A DNA stretch of 64,000 nt, from positions 256,001-320,000 of the forward strand of contig CAXXWS020000003.1 of the NCBI GenBank assembly GCA_963665325.3. Reading direction: 5' to 3'. Origin of the DNA: Alphaproteobacteria bacterium. Lineage in GTDB: Bacteria > Pseudomonadota > Alphaproteobacteria > Bin95. Each line of letters begins with the position of its first letter. Within the stretch, counting starts at the first letter, position 1. Below, piece after piece: positions 1 to 10,803 of the stretch. The notes beneath the pieces are model-generated. The model had not been told where the DNA came from. It saw only the letters and a list, made by a program, of their open reading frames with translations, and searched no databases. The translations under genes and the position numbers were made by a program.

Positions 1-57
1 AGAAGGGTTCGGTCAACTCATCCGCGATCGGGCGCGGCATCCCTTCCGGCAGGTAGC

Positions 58-1239
58 TCACAACGCCGCCGCCGCTCCGAACACCGAACTGCTCACCGGC
101 GTCACCATCGGCCCGGACCCGACGACGGAAATCTCGGCGCCCTCGACCTGGTTCGGCGAGAGACCGCGGACCTGGCGCACCGCCTCGATATTCAGCTCCA
201 GCCCGTGCATGTAGCACTCCGCCAGATTGCCGCCGCTGGTGTTGAGCGGCAGACGGCCGCCATCCGCGCGGAGATTGTCGAGGGTGAGGAAGTCGTTGGC
301 CTCGTCCGGCGCGAAGAAGCCGTGCTCGACCAGGCTCATCAGCACCCCGCCGGTGAAGTTCTCATATGACTGCGCCACATCGACATCCGCCGACGAAATC
401 CCCGCCATGGCGAAGGCGCGCGGGGCGACGGTGGTGAAGCTGGACGTGCCGTAGAGCGGCGCATTGTGGACCGGCGCGCCGTTGCGGTATTCGGAGCCGG
501 CGGCCGCGCCCAGCAGGTAGCAGGGCCTGTGCGGCAGGTCGCGCGCACGCTCTGCGGACACCAGCAGGATGGCCGCTGCGCCGTCATTCTCCTGGCAACA
601 GTCGAACAGGCGGAACGGCTCGGCGATCCAGCGCGAGGCGTCATAGTCTTCCTCGGAAAGCGGCCGGCCGTACATCACGGCGCGCGGGTTCTGCTGGGCA
701 TGGTGGTAGGACGCCATGGAGATCGCCCGGAGCGCGGACCTCTCGATGCCGTGCTCATGGGCGAAGCGCTGGTAGCGCATGGCGTATTTCTGCGCCGGCG
801 ACATGACGCCGTAGGGCACCGTGAAAGCGTCGTGGCCCGCCGCCGCGCCGCCCGCCGCCGCCTGGCCGAACCTCTGGAATTGCCCCTGGGCGAGCGCGCG
901 GAAGACGACGACGCAGCGCGCATAACCGCAGGCGATGGCCGCGGCCGCATTGGCGATGGCCGCCGACCCGCCGCCCCCGCCCCCGCCCCACTGCATGTTG
1001 GAGAAGGCGAGGTCCCGGCAGCCGAGCGCGGCGGCGATGCGCGAGGGGTCGTTGCGGTCGTTCGAATAGGAGGCGAAGCCGTCGATCTCCGTCGGGTCGA
1101 TACCCGCGTCCTCGGCTGCCGCCAGAATCGCCATCAATGCAAGCTTGAACTCGGCGTGAGGACTCTGACTGTGTTTCCAGTAGGTCGTCTCGCCGACGCC
1201 GGCGACCGCCACCTTGCCCCTGATCGTGAATTCGCCCAC
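58..1239 (-). CDS. Thiolase-like protein (SCP-x/lipid-transfer protein type)
   Basis: 393-aa ORF with VAVAGVGET start, FRLFDCCQENDGAAA, DVAQSYENFT and LNTSGGNLAECYMHG motifs of SCP2-thiolase-like proteins. Confidence 0.85.
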   Translation of the reverse strand: MGEFTIRGKVAVAGVGETTYWKHSQSPHAEFKLALMAILAAAEDAGIDPTEIDGFASYSNDRNDPSRIAAALGCRDLAFSNMQWGGGGGGGSAAIANAAAAIACGYARCVVVFRALAQGQFQRFGQAAAGGAAAGHDAFTVPYGVMSPAQKYAMRYQRFAHEHGIERSALRAISMASYHHAQQNPRAVMYGRPLSEEDYDASRWIAEPFRLFDCCQENDGAAAILLVSAERARDLPHRPCYLLGAAAGSEYRNGAPVHNAPLYGTSSFTTVAPRAFAMAGISSADVDVAQSYENFTGGVLMSLVEHGFFAPDEANDFLTLDNLRADGGRLPLNTSGGNLAECYMHGLELNIEAVRQVRGLSPNQVEGAEISVVGSGPMVTPVSSSVFGAAAAL

Positions 1240-1389
1240 GGCACCCCGCCCCTCTCAGACGTCGCGGAGCCTATAGCGTTTCAGCGCCCGGTGGAATCAT
1301 GCGCCCACCTCGCAATCCGCCGCATTTGCAGCCCGGGCGAAGGCGGTTAGGGTCGCGCGCGAAATTCGGAGAAGGGGACCCGAGAGGCC

Positions 1390-3081
1390 ATGCCGGAGAA
1401 CAGAACCGTCGCCCGCCTGCTGGTGGAGAGCCTGGAGGCGCACGATGTGGACCGCGTCTATTGCGTGCCCGGCGAGAGCTATATCGGCCTGACCAGCACC
1501 ATGGTCGAGCGCAACTCGATCCAGGTCGCGGTCTGCCGGCACGAGGCGGGCGCAGGCTTCATGGCCGCCGCCGACGGGCGGATGCGCGACCGCGCGGGCG
1601 TGGCCATGGTCTCCCGCGGTCCCGGCCTCGCCAACGGGCTGGTCGCCATGCACTCCGCCTGGCACGACGCGACGCCGCTGGTGATGCTTATCGGGCAGGT
1701 CGAGCGGCGCGACATGGGCCGCCTCGCCCTCCAGGAGCAGAACTATTCCCGCCTGCTCTCCGACATCTCCAAGGACGTGATCGAGGTCAACGAGCCGGAA
1801 CAGGCCTCGGAGGCGATGGCGCGCGCCTTCCATCTCGCCGAGTCCGGAACGCCGGGGCCGGTGGCGGTCATCCTTCCGGAGGACATTTTCGACGAGGAGA
1901 CGGACACGGCGCTTGCCCCGCCGCGGCCGCGGCCGATACCCGCCGCCCGGCCCGAGGATATCGACCGGCTGATTGCCATGATCGAAGCGGCCGAGCGCCC
2001 GCTGCTGCTGGCCGGCGGCGGCGCGATGGCGGACGCGGTGCGCGACCCGGCACTGTTCAGCGACCTTGTCCGCCTCGCCGAGACCTGGGTGCTGCCGGTC
2101 GTGCCGACTCACCGCCGGCCGCAGCTCTTCGACTACGACCACCCGAACCATGGCGGCTATATGGGCATCCGGGTGCCGAAGGAGCTGCTCGACGAGATGA
2201 AGCGCTCGGACCTGATGATCGCACTCGGCGAGCGGCTGACCGACAGCGTGAGCCAGTCCTACACCTTCCCGACGGCGCCGGAGCCGCAATTGCCGCTGGT
2301 CCACATCTGGCCGGATCCCAACGAGATCGGCCGCGTCTGGCGCCCGACGCTCGGCATCGCCGCGAGCCCGCATGAGGTGGTGAAGGCGCTGCTCGCGCGT
2401 CCCGCGCCTTCCGACGGCGAGCGCCGGCGCGGCTGGGTCGAAGGGCTGCACAGCACCCACCGCCGCCTGCTGGAAAAGCCCTGGGAGCCGCGCGAGGACG
2501 GGGTGAACTTCTCGGCCGTCGTCGCGGAGATCGGCAAGCATCTCGCCCCGGACGCCACGGTCACCTCCGACGCCGGCAATTTCGCGACCTTCCTGCACCG
2601 CCATATCGGCTTCCGGCAGGGGCAGGTGTTCCTGGCCTCGGTGGTGGGTGCGATGGGCTCGGGCATGCCGATGGCGGTGGCCGCCGCCATCCGCCGCCCG
2701 GGCACGCAGGTGGTGGCCTTCATGGGCGACGGCGGCGCGCTGATGATGGGCAACGAGCTCGCCACGGCCTGCCAGTACGGCGCCTGCCCGATCGTGGTGA
2801 TCGCCGACAACGGCATGTACGGCACCATCGGCATGCACAGCCATCTGCGCTATCCGGGCCGCCCGTTCATGGCCGGCACGCGCCTCACCAACCCCGATTT
2901 CGCCGCCTGGGCGCGATCCTTCGGCGCGGAGGGCATTACCGTCGAGGCGGAATCGCAGGTAGCGGATGCGGTCGCGCAGGCCTTCGCCGTGCGCTCGCGC
3001 CCGGTCGTGCTGCATGTGCGCACCTCGCCGCTCCAGATCAGCGCCTGGCAACGCTACGAAGACGGCGACCGGCTGCCGTAA
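1390..3081 (+). CDS. Thiamine pyrophosphate-dependent enzyme (acetolactate synthase large subunit-like)
   Basis: VPGESY, CRHEAGAGFMA and TPP-binding GDGG...N motif (MGDGGALMMGNEL...ADNGMYGTI). Confidence 0.9.
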   Translation: MPENRTVARLLVESLEAHDVDRVYCVPGESYIGLTSTMVERNSIQVAVCRHEAGAGFMAAADGRMRDRAGVAMVSRGPGLANGLVAMHSAWHDATPLVMLIGQVERRDMGRLALQEQNYSRLLSDISKDVIEVNEPEQASEAMARAFHLAESGTPGPVAVILPEDIFDEETDTALAPPRPRPIPAARPEDIDRLIAMIEAAERPLLLAGGGAMADAVRDPALFSDLVRLAETWVLPVVPTHRRPQLFDYDHPNHGGYMGIRVPKELLDEMKRSDLMIALGERLTDSVSQSYTFPTAPEPQLPLVHIWPDPNEIGRVWRPTLGIAASPHEVVKALLARPAPSDGERRRGWVEGLHSTHRRLLEKPWEPREDGVNFSAVVAEIGKHLAPDATVTSDAGNFATFLHRHIGFRQGQVFLASVVGAMGSGMPMAVAAAIRRPGTQVVAFMGDGGALMMGNELATACQYGACPIVVIADNGMYGTIGMHSHLRYPGRPFMAGTRLTNPDFAAWARSFGAEGITVEAESQVADAVAQAFAVRSRPVVLHVRTSPLQISAWQRYEDGDRLP

Positions 3082-3103
3082 GGGGACGAACGAACCCGCG
3101 GTT

Positions 3104-3811
3104 TCAGTTCCGCGGATGCCTCTGGCGCTTCCGACGTTCCAGGTGCTTGAACGCCTCCCGCCGGCTCAGGTCGGAGAGGCCGGCATGGGTCCTGACGAAT
3201 TCCGTCACCCAGACCGGGTCGGTCTTGGAATATTCGCGCAGCGCCCAGCCGATAGCCTTGCGCAGAAAGAACTCCGACTCCCCGATGGACGGTCGGATCG
3301 CGTCGGCCAGCAGCACAGTGTCCGTCGTGCTCTTTGCCCGGAGCTGGGCGAGGATCGCCGTCCGCCGCTTCCAGATGTTGCCGGCCTCCGCCCATTCGCG
3401 CAGCACGGCCTTCGTCGGGCCGGGGTGGGCGGCAAGCATGGCCCCGACGCCCCTGCTGGCAATCGCATCGACATGGTCCCACCAGGCGCCGGTGGTCACC
3501 AGTTCCTCGATCAGGGGGAGTCTCGCGGGCTCCAGCCATCCGGAATAACGCCGGAAGAGCAACAGTTCCACCGCCGCATAGCGTTCCTCGCGGTGGGCGG
3601 CCAAACGCCAGAGCTCGAGAATCGCCGCCTCCCATGCGCCGGCGTCCGGCAGCGGGTGCGCCCTGAACACGGAACCGGCGATGCGCCGGCATTGCGGTAC
3701 GCCTACGCCCAGATAGGGCATGGCCGACTTCATGTATGCCTGTTGCTGCGGCGCCCTGACTGGGTCGGCGGCTTCGCTGAGCGCGGCAATAACAGAATCT
3801 CGAATGCTCAT
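3104..3811 (-). CDS. DNA alkylation repair protein (AlkD-like HEAT-repeat glycosylase family)
   Basis: Start reassigned to ATG at 3811 (MSIRDSVIAAL). QQAYMKSAMPYLGV, WWDHVD and EFFLRKAIGWALREYSK motifs. Confidence 0.85.
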   Translation of the reverse strand: MSIRDSVIAALSEAADPVRAPQQQAYMKSAMPYLGVGVPQCRRIAGSVFRAHPLPDAGAWEAAILELWRLAAHREERYAAVELLLFRRYSGWLEPARLPLIEELVTTGAWWDHVDAIASRGVGAMLAAHPGPTKAVLREWAEAGNIWKRRTAILAQLRAKSTTDTVLLADAIRPSIGESEFFLRKAIGWALREYSKTDPVWVTEFVRTHAGLSDLSRREAFKHLERRKRQRHPRN

Positions 3812-4045
3812 CGCAAGGCCGGGCTGAACCGGGGGCGCGACCGACTCCGTCGCGCGGTCCTTCCTACATGGCTCGTTGCCGGAAGCAAAGCCAACACTCG
3901 AACCGCAGAACCCGGAAACCGGACGGCGTTCTAGCAGCCTTGGCCCGCATCTCCCGCGAAGGTCATGGTCTGCGCGGCGCTGTTGGACCGACGGGATTGC
4001 AGCGGCGCACTGGCAGCGGCCGACGGGGGCAGGGTATAAGGGGCC

Positions 4046-5386
4046 ATGGCTGCCTTCGCGGACACTCCGGTCCAGGTTATCGGCGGCGGGCTTGCCGGCG
4101 CGGAGGCGTGCTGGCAGCTCGCACAGCGCGGGGTGCGCTCGGTCCTTTACGAAATGCGGTCCGAGACAGCCACGGCAGCGCACAAGACGGACAAGCTGGC
4201 TGAGCTGGTCTGCTCCAACTCCTTCCGCTCCGACGATGCCGAGCACAACGCCGTCGGCCTGCTGCATGAGGAGATGCGCCGGGCGGGCTCGCTCGTCATG
4301 GCGTGCGCCGACCGGACGCGGCTGCCCGCGGGCGGCGCGCTCGCCGTGGACCGGGAAGGCTTCGCCGACGCGATTACCGCCGCGTTGGAAGCCGAGCCGC
4401 TCGTCGAGTTGGAGCGCCGGCGCATCGACCGGCTGCCGGAGTCCGGTTCTGTCATCGTCGCCACCGGGCCGCTGACCGACGGCGCGCTGGCCGAGGCCAT
4501 ACAGGCGCTGACCGGGCGCGAGGCGCTCGCCTTTTTCGACGCCATCGCGCTCATCGTCTATTTCGACTCCATCGATCTCGACACGGCCTGGTTCCAGTCC
4601 CGCTACGACAAGCCGGGGCCGGCGGGCAGCGGGGCCGACTACATCAACTGCCCTCTCGACGAAGACGGCTATGAGGCGTTCATTCAGGCGCTGCTCGACG
4701 CCGACCGGATCGAGTTCAAGGAATGGGAGGCCCTCACGCCCTGGTTCGAGGGCTGCCTACCGGTGGAAGTGATGGCGGCGCGTGGGCCCGAGACGCTGCG
4801 CTTCGGCCCGATGAAACCGGTGGGCCTGACCGATCCCCGCACCGGCAGCCGGCCCCACGCCGTCGTGCAGCTTCGCCGGGACAATGCGCTCGGCACGCTC
4901 TACAACATTGTCGGTTTCCAGACGAAAATGCGCCACGGCGAACAGGCGCGCGTCCTCCGCACGATTCCCGGCCTCGAAAACGCGAGGTTCGCGAGGCTCG
5001 GCGGCATCCACCGCAACAGCTTCATCGACGCGCCGGCGCTGCTGGACGGGCAGTTACGCCTGAAGGCGGCCCCGCATTTGCGGTTCGCGGGCCAGATCAC
5101 CGGGGTCGAGGGCTATGTCGAGAGCGCGGCCATCGGCCTGCTGGCGGGGCGCTTCGCCGCGGGCGAGGCGGACGTGCCGCCTGCGACGACCGCGCTCGGC
5201 GCAGTGCTGGCCCATGTGACCGGCCCGAGGCCCGCCTCTGCCGGGGCCTACCAGCCGATGAATGTCAATTTCGGCCTCTTCCCGCCGCTCGACGGGCGGT
5301 TCCGGGGCCGCGAACGCAAGCGCGCGCATGCGGCCCGCGCGCTCGCCGATCTCGACCGCTGGCTCGGCCGCCGCGAGGCAGCCTGA
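4046..5386 (+). CDS. trmFO: tRNA (uracil-5-)-methyltransferase TrmFO (Gid)
   Basis: [13 protein letters not shown] motif, [48 protein letters not shown]. Confidence 0.95.
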   Translation: MAAFADTPVQVIGGGLAGAEACWQLAQRGVRSVLYEMRSETATAAHKTDKLAELVCSNSFRSDDAEHNAVGLLHEEMRRAGSLVMACADRTRLPAGGALAVDREGFADAITAALEAEPLVELERRRIDRLPESGSVIVATGPLTDGALAEAIQALTGREALAFFDAIALIVYFDSIDLDTAWFQSRYDKPGPAGSGADYINCPLDEDGYEAFIQALLDADRIEFKEWEALTPWFEGCLPVEVMAARGPETLRFGPMKPVGLTDPRTGSRPHAVVQLRRDNALGTLYNIVGFQTKMRHGEQARVLRTIPGLENARFARLGGIHRNSFIDAPALLDGQLRLKAAPHLRFAGQITGVEGYVESAAIGLLAGRFAAGEADVPPATTALGAVLAHVTGPRPASAGAYQPMNVNFGLFPPLDGRFRGRERKRAHAARALADLDRWLGRREAA

Positions 5387-5387
5387 C

Positions 5388-6407
5388 ATGGACGGAAACG
5401 GCATGGCCAATCGCCGGATCGACCTGCGCAGCGATACCGTAACCCTGCCGACGCCGGCGATGCGCCGGATCATGGCGGAGGCCGAGGTCGGCGACGATGT
5501 GCATGGCGAGGACCCGACCGTCGCCCGGCTGGAGGCGCGCGTCGCCGACATGCTGGGGCTTGAGGCGGGGCTGTTCCTGCCCTCCGGCACGCAATCCAAC
5601 CTGACGGCGCTGATGAGCCATTGCGGGCGCGGCGAGGCATACCTCACCGGCGAGACCTACCACACGGTCGCTTCCGAAGCGGGTGGGGCCGCCGTGGTGG
5701 GCTCCATCGTGCCGATCGTGCTTCCGGTGGAGGAAGACGGCACCGTGGCGCCGGACCGGCTCCGCGCCGCGATCCGCCCCGAGGACTTCCACCGCCCGGT
5801 GCTGCGGCTGATCGCGGTGGAGAACACCACGCTCGGCCGCGTGCTGCCGGAAGGCTACATGGAGGAGGTGGGCGAACTTGCGGGCGAGCACGGGCTCAAG
5901 GTGCATCTCGACGGCGCGCGCCTGCTGAACGCAGCCATTGCCACCGGAAAGACGCCGGCTTCCGTCGCTGCGGGCGCCGATTCCGTCTCGCTCTGCCTTT
6001 CCAAGGGATTGGGCGCGCCGGCCGGCACGGTGCTTGCCGGCGACGGGGAGTTCATCGGACGCGCGCGCCGGGCAAGGAAGATGCTGGGCGGCGGCATGCG
6101 CCAGTCCGGCGTGCTCGCCGCCGCCGGCCTGCATGCTCTCGATGCCCATGTCGAGCGGCTGGCCGACGACCACGAGCTTGCCGCGGCGCTCGGAGAACGC
6201 CTCGAGCCGGTGGTCGAGGTGCAGCGGGTCTCCACCAACATGGTCTATGCCGGCCTGCCGGGCGGCGCCGCGCTCAAGCGGCATCTGGAGGCGCGCAATA
6301 TCGTCATTACGGCGCCCGGCCCAGTAACGCGGCTGGTGGTGCACAGGGATATCGAGCCGGGCGATGTCGAGCGCGTCGGCGCCGCGTTCGAGGCGTTCTA
6401 CAACTGA
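5388..6407 (+). CDS. ltaE: Low-specificity L-threonine aldolase
   Basis: IDLRSDTVT, GDDVHGEDPTV, HLDGARL, PLP lysine in CLSKGLGAP. Start is 5388 or 5403, right after the trmFO stop. Confidence 0.9.
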   Translation: MDGNGMANRRIDLRSDTVTLPTPAMRRIMAEAEVGDDVHGEDPTVARLEARVADMLGLEAGLFLPSGTQSNLTALMSHCGRGEAYLTGETYHTVASEAGGAAVVGSIVPIVLPVEEDGTVAPDRLRAAIRPEDFHRPVLRLIAVENTTLGRVLPEGYMEEVGELAGEHGLKVHLDGARLLNAAIATGKTPASVAAGADSVSLCLSKGLGAPAGTVLAGDGEFIGRARRARKMLGGGMRQSGVLAAAGLHALDAHVERLADDHELAAALGERLEPVVEVQRVSTNMVYAGLPGGAALKRHLEARNIVITAPGPVTRLVVHRDIEPGDVERVGAAFEAFYN

Positions 6408-6417
6408 GGGAAGCCCC

Positions 6418-8118
6418 ATGCACGATCTGGTTATTCGCGGCGGCACGATAATCGACGGGAGCGGGGGCGAGCCCTTCGCCGGAGACGTTGCGGTCGAGAG
6501 CGGGCGCATCGCGCAAGCCGGCGGCAAGGCCGGGCCCGGCCGGCGCGAGATCGACGCAGCAGGCGCGCTGGTGACGCCGGGATTCGTCGATGTCCACACC
6601 CACTATGACGGCCAGGCGACCTGGGACAGCGAGCTCGCGCCGTCGAGCTGGCACGGCGTCACCACGGTGGTGATGGGCAATTGCGGCGTCGGCTTCGCGC
6701 CCGCCCGTCCGGACGCGCACCATGCGCTGATCCGCATGATGGAGGGCGTGGAGGACATTCCGGGCGCGGCACTCGCCGAGGGCCTTACCTGGGACTGGGA
6801 GACCTTCCCCGAATATCTCGACGCGCTGGAGGTGCGTCTGCGCGCAATCGACGTCGCCGCGCAGGTGCCGCATTGCGCCGTGAGGGCCTATGCGATGGGC
6901 GAGCGCGGCATCGCCAACGAGCCGGCGGACGAGGACGATGTCCGCACGATGGCGGCGGTCGTCAGGGAAGCGCTGGAGGCGGGCGCACGCGGCTTCACGA
7001 CCACACGCACCATTGCGCATCTCACCGCCGATGGCGACCGCGTGCCGGGCGCCTTTGCCGAGGAGCGCGAATTGCTCGGGCTGGCCGATGCGGTGGGCTC
7101 CGTCGGCGGGCGGACCATCGGCTGGATTTCGGACCTCGACGAGGAGGCATATGAGCTGGGTCTCCTGCGCCGCATGGCGGAACGGGCGCGCGGGCGCACC
7201 TGGCTCACCGTGGTGCAGCGTGACGAACGCCCGGACCAGTGGGCGAGCGTACTCGGCTATCTGGAGGAGGCCGCCGCCGACGGCGTGGCGCTGCACGCGC
7301 AGGTGGCGGCGCGGCCGGTCGGCCTGATGCTAGGCCTCTCCGCCTCGCTGCACCCCTTCTCGACCATGCCCGCCTACCGGGAGATCGCGCATCTGCCGCT
7401 GGCGGAGCGGGTGGCCATCCTCCGCAAACCGGACTTCCGCGCCCGCCTGCTCGGCGAGCGCCGCAACCATCGCAGCCGGCTGATGCAGGACGTGACCGGC
7501 GGCTTCCACAAGATGTTCACCCTGGGCGATCCGCCCGACTACGAGCCCGCGCCCGAGACATCGGTGCTCGCCGAGGCGGAGCGGAGGGGCCTCGACCCGC
7601 GCGAACTGGTGCTGGACCGGATGTTGGAGCGCGAGGGGCGGGAGCTCATCTTCTTCCCCTTCGTGAACTACAGCCGCCTCGACCACCGGGACATCCGCCG
7701 GATGATGGACCATCCGCGCACCGTGCTCGGCCTCGGCGATGGCGGAGCGCATTGCGGGCTGATCTCCGACGCCAGCATTCCGACCTATGTGCTGACCCAT
7801 TGGGGCCGCGACCGCAGCAGGGGGCCAGGCTTCCCGCTGCCCCGGTTGGTCAGGGCGCTGACGGCAGAGACGGCCGCCCTCTACGGCTTCTCCGACCGGG
7901 GCCGGCTCGAAGCGGGGCTGCGCGCGGACATCAACATCGTCGATTTCGACCGCCTGCGCCTTCGTCCGCCGGTCATGGCGCACGACCTGCCTGCCGGCGG
8001 CCGCCGGCTGGTGCAGCGGGCGGAAGGATATCGGGCGACGGTCTGCGCGGGCGAGGTCACCTTCGAGGAGGGCGAGGCCACCGGCGCGCTGCCCGGCCGG
8101 CTGGCCCGCGCGGCGTAA
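6418..8118 (+). CDS. Amidohydrolase (N-acyl-D-amino-acid deacylase family)
   Basis: [48 protein letters not shown]. Confidence 0.9.
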   Translation: MHDLVIRGGTIIDGSGGEPFAGDVAVESGRIAQAGGKAGPGRREIDAAGALVTPGFVDVHTHYDGQATWDSELAPSSWHGVTTVVMGNCGVGFAPARPDAHHALIRMMEGVEDIPGAALAEGLTWDWETFPEYLDALEVRLRAIDVAAQVPHCAVRAYAMGERGIANEPADEDDVRTMAAVVREALEAGARGFTTTRTIAHLTADGDRVPGAFAEERELLGLADAVGSVGGRTIGWISDLDEEAYELGLLRRMAERARGRTWLTVVQRDERPDQWASVLGYLEEAAADGVALHAQVAARPVGLMLGLSASLHPFSTMPAYREIAHLPLAERVAILRKPDFRARLLGERRNHRSRLMQDVTGGFHKMFTLGDPPDYEPAPETSVLAEAERRGLDPRELVLDRMLEREGRELIFFPFVNYSRLDHRDIRRMMDHPRTVLGLGDGGAHCGLISDASIPTYVLTHWGRDRSRGPGFPLPRLVRALTAETAALYGFSDRGRLEAGLRADINIVDFDRLRLRPPVMAHDLPAGGRRLVQRAEGYRATVCAGEVTFEEGEATGALPGRLARAA

Positions 8119-9017
8119 TGGCCTCGCCCGGCGCATCGCCGAAGCTCGAAATCCACCTGGGCGACAATCTGGAGGTGCTCTCCGGCTTCGAGGACGGCGC
8201 CTTCGACCTCATCTATATCGACCCGCCCTTCAACACAGGCAAAGCACAGGCCCGCACGCGCCTCAGGACAATCCGCGACGACAAGGGCGACCGGACCGGC
8301 TTCCAGGGCCGGCGCTACCGGACGGTTCGTCTCGGAACCTCCTCATGGAACGACACCTTCGACGACTTCATGGCCTTCATCGAGCCCCGGCTTCGCGAAG
8401 CGCACCGGCTGCTGGCGCCCCAAGGCTCGTTCTTCCTCCATATCGACTACCGGGAATCGCACTACTGCAAGGTGCTGCTGGACGAAATCTTCGGGCGCGA
8501 GTGCTTCATCAACGAGATCGTCTGGGCCTACGACTACGGCGCGCGGTCGAAACGGCGCTGGTCCGCCAAGCACGACAACATCCTCTGGTATGCGCGCGAC
8601 CCGGAAAACTACACCTACCGCCATGACGACATAGATCGCATTCCCTATATGGCGCCGGGCCTTGTCGGACCCGTGAAGGCGGCGCGCGGCAAGACGCCGA
8701 CGGATGTCTGGTGGCAGACGATCGTGAGCCCGAACGGCAGGGAGAAGACCGGCTACCCGACGCAGAAGCCGATAGCGATCCTCAACCGCATTGTGGCCGT
8801 GCATTCCAATCCGGGCGACCGGGTGCTCGACTTCTTCGCCGGCAGCGGCACCACCGGCGAAGCGGCGGTCCGCAACGGCCGGTGCGCCGTGCTGGTGGAC
8901 AGCAACCCGGAGGCGGTCCGCGTCATGGCCCGTCGCCTCGCCTTTGCCGATCCGACCTTCCACGAAGCGGGCCGCCCGGTTCCCGCCCCCGGAGATTCTT
9001 CGCCCCGCGCCGCTTGA
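8118..9017 (+). CDS. Site-specific DNA methyltransferase (N6A/N4C, beta class), orphan
   Basis: ATG overlaps the upstream TAA. Motif IV YIDPPF precedes motif I LDFFAGSGTT; YPTQKP also present. Confidence 0.9.
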   Translation: MASPGASPKLEIHLGDNLEVLSGFEDGAFDLIYIDPPFNTGKAQARTRLRTIRDDKGDRTGFQGRRYRTVRLGTSSWNDTFDDFMAFIEPRLREAHRLLAPQGSFFLHIDYRESHYCKVLLDEIFGRECFINEIVWAYDYGARSKRRWSAKHDNILWYARDPENYTYRHDDIDRIPYMAPGLVGPVKAARGKTPTDVWWQTIVSPNGREKTGYPTQKPIAILNRIVAVHSNPGDRVLDFFAGSGTTGEAAVRNGRCAVLVDSNPEAVRVMARRLAFADPTFHEAGRPVPAPGDSSPRAA

Positions 9018-9104
9018 CGGACGCCGTCATTCCGTTATCTCGGTAACATCGGAACGAATCCCGCGCTCGCGGGCCAGGGCTCCCCGGCCCTGAAGGAGGC
9101 TGCC

Positions 9105-9557
9105 ATGCGCCTGCAACTCGCCCTCAATGTGGACGATCTCGAACAGGCCATCGACTTCTATTCCAAGATGTTCGATGCGCCCGTCCACAAGCGCAAGCCG
9201 GGCTACGCCAATTTCGCTATCGACAACCCGCCGCTCAAGCTCGTGCTGTTCGAGCGCCCCGGCGCGGGCGAGCGCATCAACCATCTGGGCGTGGAGGTCT
9301 TCCGCGAGGAGGATGTCGATGCCGCGACGGAGCGCCTCGAAGCCGCCGGCATCGAACACCTGATCGAGGAAGAGACGCGCTGCTGCCACGCGACCCAGAA
9401 CAAGGTCTGGGCGACGGAGCCGCAGGGCCTGCGCTGGGAGTGGTACCGGATCACCGACGACACCGACGCGCTGTTCAACGCGCTCGGGCCGCGCAAGGAC
9501 GACCGGCGCCAGACAGAGTGCTGCCCGACCGGGAAGCCTCTCAGTCCCGCAGCCTGA
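9105..9557 (+). CDS. ArsI/CadI family VOC metalloenzyme
   Basis: RLQLALNVDDL, KRKPGYANFAIDNPPLKLVL, NHLGVEV, vicinal CC in TRCCHATQNKVW; AGGAGG RBS. Confidence 0.85.
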   Translation: MRLQLALNVDDLEQAIDFYSKMFDAPVHKRKPGYANFAIDNPPLKLVLFERPGAGERINHLGVEVFREEDVDAATERLEAAGIEHLIEEETRCCHATQNKVWATEPQGLRWEWYRITDDTDALFNALGPRKDDRRQTECCPTGKPLSPAA

Positions 9558-9571
9558 ACGGGCGCTGCCCG

Positions 9572-10771
9572 TTAGCTCCCGGCCTCGACCAGGAATTGGC
9601 GAAAACTCGGAATCGGGCAGGCGAGGCGCCCGGTCCCGTCGTCCTGAAGCGCGCCCCGATGGACTAGATGGTCCAGATAGCCCTCCGGCCGCATGCCTGC
9701 CGGCAGTCGCCAGCCGCTTGCGGCTCCGGCGCTGTCCTCGATGACGCGAAGCATCTCGATGTAGCCGAGGCCTTCTTCGGGAACCGCGTTCATCACCGCG
9801 GCCAGCAGCAGGCCGGAGCTGAGCATCTCGGGGCTGCGCCGTGCGCGATAGGAGTCCAGTCTCCGTTCCTCCGCCCCGGCCAGAACCACGTTTTCGTCAA
9901 CGGAAGCCAGCGCGCCTGCCGACGCGAGCAGTCCTTCCGCCAGAGCGCGCATGCCGTTGCGGAGATGCTGCGGCCAGCGGTCCGACCGGTCTTCCAGCAG
10001 AGCCGCCCAGCGTGCCGCCTCCGCCTCGGCCGCCTCGACCCGGAAGCCTTTCAGCATTGCTCTCACGGACTCCGCCGGCTGGCCCGGCTCCAGCCGCCCC
10101 AGCATGTGGACGGCTCCGTCCGACAGACGCGAAATGCCGTGTTTCGCCAGCACATCGCGCGCATTGGCCAGCCCCGCCAGCACCGGCGCGACGGGCAGGC
10201 CGTCCACCGCCTCGTGCAGGCGCTGGAGAACCTCCGCTTGGGCGGATTCCAGATTTTGCACTTCGTCCACCAGCAGGCAGAGAGGGTGCTCCCAGCGCTC
10301 TGGCGGAAACATCTCGCGCAGTGCGCCGAATCCGACCGGCGGCGCGGTTTCGGCGGCCCACGCGCCACCGACGCCGCTAATGCCTATGCTGCCGCTGCGG
10401 GTCTCCGTGCGCCGGAACCGCTCCGCCCGGCGCGGATCGAGACGCGCCGCAATGGCCTGCGCGATGCGGTCGGGGTCTGCGAGCTCCCCCAGGTAGACGA
10501 GGAGGACATGTGGCGCCCGCGGGCCGGCCTGCGTCCATTTCTCCTCCAGATGGGCGAGCAGGGCGGACTTGCCGGCTCCCGGCGCGCCCTGGATCAGGCG
10601 GGTGGCGCCTGCAGACCGCTGCCCCGCCTGCGCATGGCGCAATGCCCGCGCCAAGGCGCGCTCGATGTCCTCGATTTCACCGGCGCGGCCGACGAAGAAG
10701 GGCGCACTTTCGCGGTCCGACGGTTCGCTGAAGAAGCGCAGCCCTTCGAGGTCCGGTCCGCCGCTCGTCAT
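9572..10771 (-). CDS. P-loop AAA/STAND-like ATP-binding protein
   Basis: FFVGR pre-motif, Walker A GAPGAGKS, Walker B LLVDEVQN, possible C-terminal winged helix. Confidence 0.8.
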   Translation of the reverse strand: MTSGGPDLEGLRFFSEPSDRESAPFFVGRAGEIEDIERALARALRHAQAGQRSAGATRLIQGAPGAGKSALLAHLEEKWTQAGPRAPHVLLVYLGELADPDRIAQAIAARLDPRRAERFRRTETRSGSIGISGVGGAWAAETAPPVGFGALREMFPPERWEHPLCLLVDEVQNLESAQAEVLQRLHEAVDGLPVAPVLAGLANARDVLAKHGISRLSDGAVHMLGRLEPGQPAESVRAMLKGFRVEAAEAEAARWAALLEDRSDRWPQHLRNGMRALAEGLLASAGALASVDENVVLAGAEERRLDSYRARRSPEMLSSGLLLAAVMNAVPEEGLGYIEMLRVIEDSAGAASGWRLPAGMRPEGYLDHLVHRGALQDDGTGRLACPIPSFRQFLVEAGS

Positions 10772-10803
10772 AGCCGCCTACTGTTCCGATCCCCGGGCCG
10801 CCC

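Noticed and set aside
8118-10771. MTase plus ATPase as one restriction system
   Set aside because: Opposite strands, separated by an ArsI-like gene, and no nuclease motif visible
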